A program made the position numbers and the translations under genes. Below the pieces are notes generated by a model, which saw nothing but the letters and a program-made list of their open reading frames with translations, was not told the origin of the DNA and made no database searches. Shown here piece after piece: positions 60,749 to 64,000 of a stretch of DNA of 64,000 nt. Numbering within the stretch: position 1 is the stretch's first letter; each line of letters opens with the position of its first letter. The stretch is from an uncultured Chloroflexia bacterium (GTDB lineage Bacteria > Chloroflexota > Limnocylindria > Limnocylindrales > CSP1-4), in NCBI GenBank assembly GCA_963749705.1, contig CAVVNQ010000004.1, positions 224,001 through 288,000 on the forward strand, in the 5' to 3' direction.

Positions 60749-61263
60749 CACGGCTGGATCTCCCGCCGTCCCCACTCCTCGCGGGCGAACAGGTCGAGCA
60801 GCTGGAGCCGGGTCGCGGAGAGGCGCCGGCTGACGGCCACGAGGATCCGTGGATAGACCGACGCCGCAAGCGCGTGGTCGGAGCGCAGCAGCGCGCGAAG
60901 CCGCTCGCCCTCGAAGTCGAGCAGGCGCACCGGCTCGATCGCGACGGCCGTCGCCGTCCCCCGGTGGGGAGGCACGACCGCCGACCAGCCGAGGACGTCG
61001 CCCGGCTCGACGGTCAGGATCGTGACCATGCCGCGCTCCGGGATCAGCATCCGCAACGCGACGCGCCCCGACAGCACGATGGCGAACGCCTCGGTGACCT
61101 GTCCCTCGCGCGTCAGCTCCGCGCCCGGGTCAACGTCCTTCAGCTCGGCGATGCCCGCCAGGCGAGCGACGGTCTCGGGCGACAGCCCCGCTCCGAACCA
61201 CGAGGCGCTGAGGGCCGCGACGGGATCCGTGGACGGCAGGGAGGGCGACGACGAGGCTGACAT
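60745..61263 (-). CDS. Cyclic nucleotide-binding (Crp-type) domain protein without HTH
   Basis: REGQ...IVLSGRV, PGDVLGWSA and RLSATRLQLLDLF; GTGA-coupled to the hydrogenase beta-gamma gene. Confidence 0.88.
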   Translation of the reverse strand: MSASSSPSLPSTDPVAALSASWFGAGLSPETVARLAGIAELKDVDPGAELTREGQVTEAFAIVLSGRVALRMLIPERGMVTILTVEPGDVLGWSAVVPPHRGTATAVAIEPVRLLDFEGERLRALLRSDHALAASVYPRILVAVSRRLSATRLQLLDLFAREEWGRREIQPW

Positions 61264-61465
61264 CGAGGCTGACCTCACTCGTTGTGGGTTCGGACTGCGC
61301 GATCGGATCGCGCACGCCGGGCCCGCACGGCAATGCTCCGCCGCGGGCGGGCCGAGCCGGGAGTGCCGTCGGTCCCGGTGCGCCGGGCCGGTCGGCTGGA
61401 GCACCGCGCCGTCGGGCGCGGGCAGGGTGACGCCGCGCACGCAGACCGGCCGACTGCCGCGAGAC

Positions 61466-61825
61466 TCACGCGAGCCGCCTGAGGCGCGCGACCAGGCCGG
61501 CCGCGTCGACATCGGCGGACGCGGACTCTTCGCGGATCGACTCCGGCCGGTGCCCGATCGCGACGATCTCGCGCTCGAGCGCCGTGCGCAGGTCGTCCAC
61601 TCCGAGGACCACGACCCGGTCGACGTCGCCGATCCGACGCGCGATCTGCGCGAGGACGGGCGGCATGTCGCCGGATGCGCGCGGCATCGGGAGGTCGAGG
61701 GAGACCGGCTCCCCGGTGGCGGCGCCGCGGACGATCATGGCGTGCCCGCGGTCGATCCAGACCACCGCATTGACACCGGACCTGGCGTGCTCGCGGGGCG
61801 GGCGGGTGCGTGTGGTTCCGTGCAT
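61466..61825 (-). CDS. Small eRF1-domain-like protein (paralogue of 48903-49361)
   Basis: AVVWIDRGHAMIV, IARRIGDVDRVVVLG and GLVARLR; AGGAG RBS. Confidence 0.5.
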   Translation of the reverse strand: MHGTTRTRPPREHARSGVNAVVWIDRGHAMIVRGAATGEPVSLDLPMPRASGDMPPVLAQIARRIGDVDRVVVLGVDDLRTALEREIVAIGHRPESIREESASADVDAAGLVARLRRLA

Positions 61826-62034
61826 GGCGTTGTCTCCTGGGGGCGACTCCATCGTCGATCCGGCCGGCCTTCGGCTTCGCCTGCCGTTCGTCCCGATCGA
61901 GCCGCCGCACGGTCCACCGGATCAGTGACCCGTCCCGGCAGGGGCATGACGTCAAGCCCGCTGCAACCCGGGCCGGTCCGGGCCTTCGGTCATTGCGTCG
62001 TGCCGTCTCGGGCTGCGAGGACTACCCTCGCGAC

Positions 62035-63042
62035 ATGCGCGCAATGGTGCTCGAGGCACCCGGACCGGCCGGCTCCAGCCCCCTGCACGCCCAGGATCGG
62101 CCGCTGCCGAGCCCGAGTGAGGGTGAGCTGCGGATCCGGGTCTCGGCGTGCGGCGTGTGCCGGACCGATCTCCAGATCTGCACCGGCGACCTCGCGCCGC
62201 GACGGTTGCCGATCGTGCCGGGTCACCAGGTGGTGGGCGTCGTCGACGCGCTCGGGCCCGGCGTCGACGGCTGGGCCGTCGGCGAGCGCGTCGGGGTGAC
62301 CTGGCTGGCCGCGACCGATGGCACGTGCCGGTTCTGCGCCAGCGGTCGCGAGAACCTGTGCGAGGCCGCGACGTTCACCGGTTGGGATCGCGACGGCGGG
62401 TACGCGGAGGCCATGGTCGTCCGTGCAGCATTCGCCGTCCGCCTGCCGGCCTCGTTCCCGGACCTGTCGGCGGCACCCCTCCTGTGCGGCGGGGTGATCG
62501 GGTACCGGGCGCTTCGGGTTGCCGGGATCGGCCCATCCGCCGCCGGTGCCCGCCTGGGCCTGTACGGGTTCGGCGCGTCCGCGCGACAGGCGCTCCAGGT
62601 CGCCCGCGCGTGGGGTGTCGACGTCTACGTGGCCACCCGCTCGCCGGTGGAGCAGCGGCGGGCGCTCGAGCTCGGCGCACGGTGGGCGGGCGGCATCGAG
62701 ACCCGTCCTCCGGTGGCGCTCGACGCGGCCGTGACGTTCGCGCCGGTGGGTGTCGTGGTTGCCGCGGCGCTTCGAGCGCTCGATCGTGGCGGGATCGTCG
62801 CGATCAACGCGATCCACCTGGACCAGCTGCCCGCGATGCCCTACGACGACCTGTGGTGGGAGCGATCGATCCGGAGCGTGGCCAATGTCACCCGCGAGGA
62901 TGCGACCGAGTACCTGGAGCTGGCGGCGCGGATCGGGCTCGCGACGGACATCGAGACGCATCCGCTGGCCGATGCGAACATCGCCCTCGCGCGACTGGCG
63001 TCCGGGCAGGTGGCCGGGACCTCGGTCCTGACCTGCACCTGA
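62035..63042 (+). CDS. Zinc-dependent alcohol dehydrogenase family protein
   Basis: CGVCRTD, PGHQVVG, CRFC...ENLC, PLLCGG and YGFGAS motifs; TACCCT 6 nt before ATG. Confidence 0.92.
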   Translation: MRAMVLEAPGPAGSSPLHAQDRPLPSPSEGELRIRVSACGVCRTDLQICTGDLAPRRLPIVPGHQVVGVVDALGPGVDGWAVGERVGVTWLAATDGTCRFCASGRENLCEAATFTGWDRDGGYAEAMVVRAAFAVRLPASFPDLSAAPLLCGGVIGYRALRVAGIGPSAAGARLGLYGFGASARQALQVARAWGVDVYVATRSPVEQRRALELGARWAGGIETRPPVALDAAVTFAPVGVVVAAALRALDRGGIVAINAIHLDQLPAMPYDDLWWERSIRSVANVTREDATEYLELAARIGLATDIETHPLADANIALARLASGQVAGTSVLTCT

Positions 63043-63118
63043 GCGAAGTTCGAACGATCGGCACCGGTCGAGCGTCCATCCGGGAGCAAGTTCCAGACCT
63101 GCATTCCGGGGAGGGGCC

Positions 63119-63643
63119 ATGCTCGACCGGACGATGACGACCGCGACCGCCGACGATGCCGTGCAGCGGATGCTGCACGCCCGGATCGACGACGCGTTCC
63201 GGCTGGCCACGTTCATCCTGCGCGACCGACAGCTCGCCGAGGACTGCGTCCAGGAGGCTGCGCTGCTCGCGTGGCGACGACGCCGGTCGTTGCGCGACAG
63301 CGCCGCCGTCGACGGCTGGTTCACCCGGATCCTGGTCAACGTCTGTCGCGACGAGCTCCGACGCCAGGCGAGGCGGCCGCGCGTGGTCGCACTCAACCCC
63401 GCGGTCGAGGCGGGCGCGGGCTCGCCACCGGACCGGGTCGACCTCGGTCCCGCGATCGGCCGCCTGAGCGCGGACGAGCAGGCGCTCCTCGCGCTGCGGT
63501 TCGGGCGCGAGCTCACCGTTCCTCAGATCGCGCAACGGCTCGAGCTTCCCGAGGGAACGATCAAGTCGCGGCTCCACACCACGCTGCAACACCTGCGCGC
63601 GGCGCTCGACGCGGAGCGTCGCCTGGAAGGGGCAACCCGATGA
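63119..63643 (+). CDS. ECF-type RNA polymerase sigma-70 factor
   Basis: AEDCVQEA, WFTRILVNVCRD and IAQRLELPEGTIKSRL motifs. Confidence 0.92.
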   Translation: MLDRTMTTATADDAVQRMLHARIDDAFRLATFILRDRQLAEDCVQEAALLAWRRRRSLRDSAAVDGWFTRILVNVCRDELRRQARRPRVVALNPAVEAGAGSPPDRVDLGPAIGRLSADEQALLALRFGRELTVPQIAQRLELPEGTIKSRLHTTLQHLRAALDAERRLEGATR

Positions 63644-64000
63644 CCGACAACGAGCTCGAACAACATCTGCGCAACCATTACCGTTCGCTCGACCCGTCCA
63701 CCGCCCCCCGCGGGCTCGCCCTCCGGATCGAGGACGCGATGACCCGTCCCGCGAGCCGATGGGCGTTCCTCGGCCGGATGCCTGCCGTTGCAACGGGGAT
63801 CGCGGCGGTCGCCGTCGTGGCGCTGGTCGTCGCGTTCCGGCCCGGCGGGCTGCTCGCCCCGGTCGGGGCGAGCCCGTCACCCGAAACCCCGACGCCCGCG
63901 GCCTCGGCCACCCCCCATCCATCGCCCGCCATCTCCCCTGCACCGACGCCGAGCCCGAGCCTCGGTGTGCCGGGCGGATCGATCCCACCGGTGTCCACAT
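63640..64000 (+). CDS. Probable membrane-anchored anti-sigma-like protein (3' truncated)
   Basis: ATGA-coupled to the sigma gene; MTDNELEQHLR..., one TM (GIAAVAVVALVVAF), then a Pro/Ser/Thr-rich linker; read directly from the sequence. Confidence 0.65.
   Translation, partial: MTDNELEQHLRNHYRSLDPSTAPRGLALRIEDAMTRPASRWAFLGRMPAVATGIAAVAVVALVVAFRPGGLLAPVGASPSPETPTPAASATPHPSPAISPAPTPSPSLGVPGGSIPPVST

Overview
Very GC-rich bacterial DNA. The gene set, the many leaderless TANNNT starts, an RND pump without MFP/OMF partners and the Pro/Ser/Thr-rich exported proteins suggest a monoderm Chloroflexota- or Actinomycetota-like organism (inference). The window has four blocks. (1) 1-18 kb is housekeeping and envelope: OCD-like enzyme, DMT, an SDR lacking its catalytic Ser/Tyr, sufB-sufD-Rieske, an in-frame YcaQ/Eis-like GNAT ORF, MarR-RND, OsmC, a secreted protein, GT39 and two CPBP proteases. 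(2) About 18.2-39.1 kb is a 19-gene, visibly less GC-rich catabolic island with two HutC-type GntR regulators. It combines inositol-type ring cleavage (iolD, iolB), a tetrose module (erythrulose-kinase-like DhaKL plus RpiB/DerI), a HisN/HisC-like pair, GDPD, an ABC importer with a frameshifted binding protein, and a ROK-SIS fusion; it matches no standard pathway I know. (3) 39-45 kb holds PTE, MMPL, mug, a membrane protein and a class III aminotransferase. (4) 45.4-63 kb is a sulfur-relay operon (ArsR-DsrE-TusA-DsrE2-TusA-SQR) back-to-back with an anoxia-type module: a Vor-type 2-oxoacid:ferredoxin oxidoreductase, P-type ATPase, CBS protein, group 3b [NiFe]-hydrogenase with fused beta-gamma subunit, cNMP-binding protein and Zn-ADH, with two small eRF1-like paralogues heading its converging arms. 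An ECF sigma/anti-sigma pair ends the window. I saw no rRNA, tRNA, CRISPR array, integrase or transposase. All calls come from motif recognition, not database searches.
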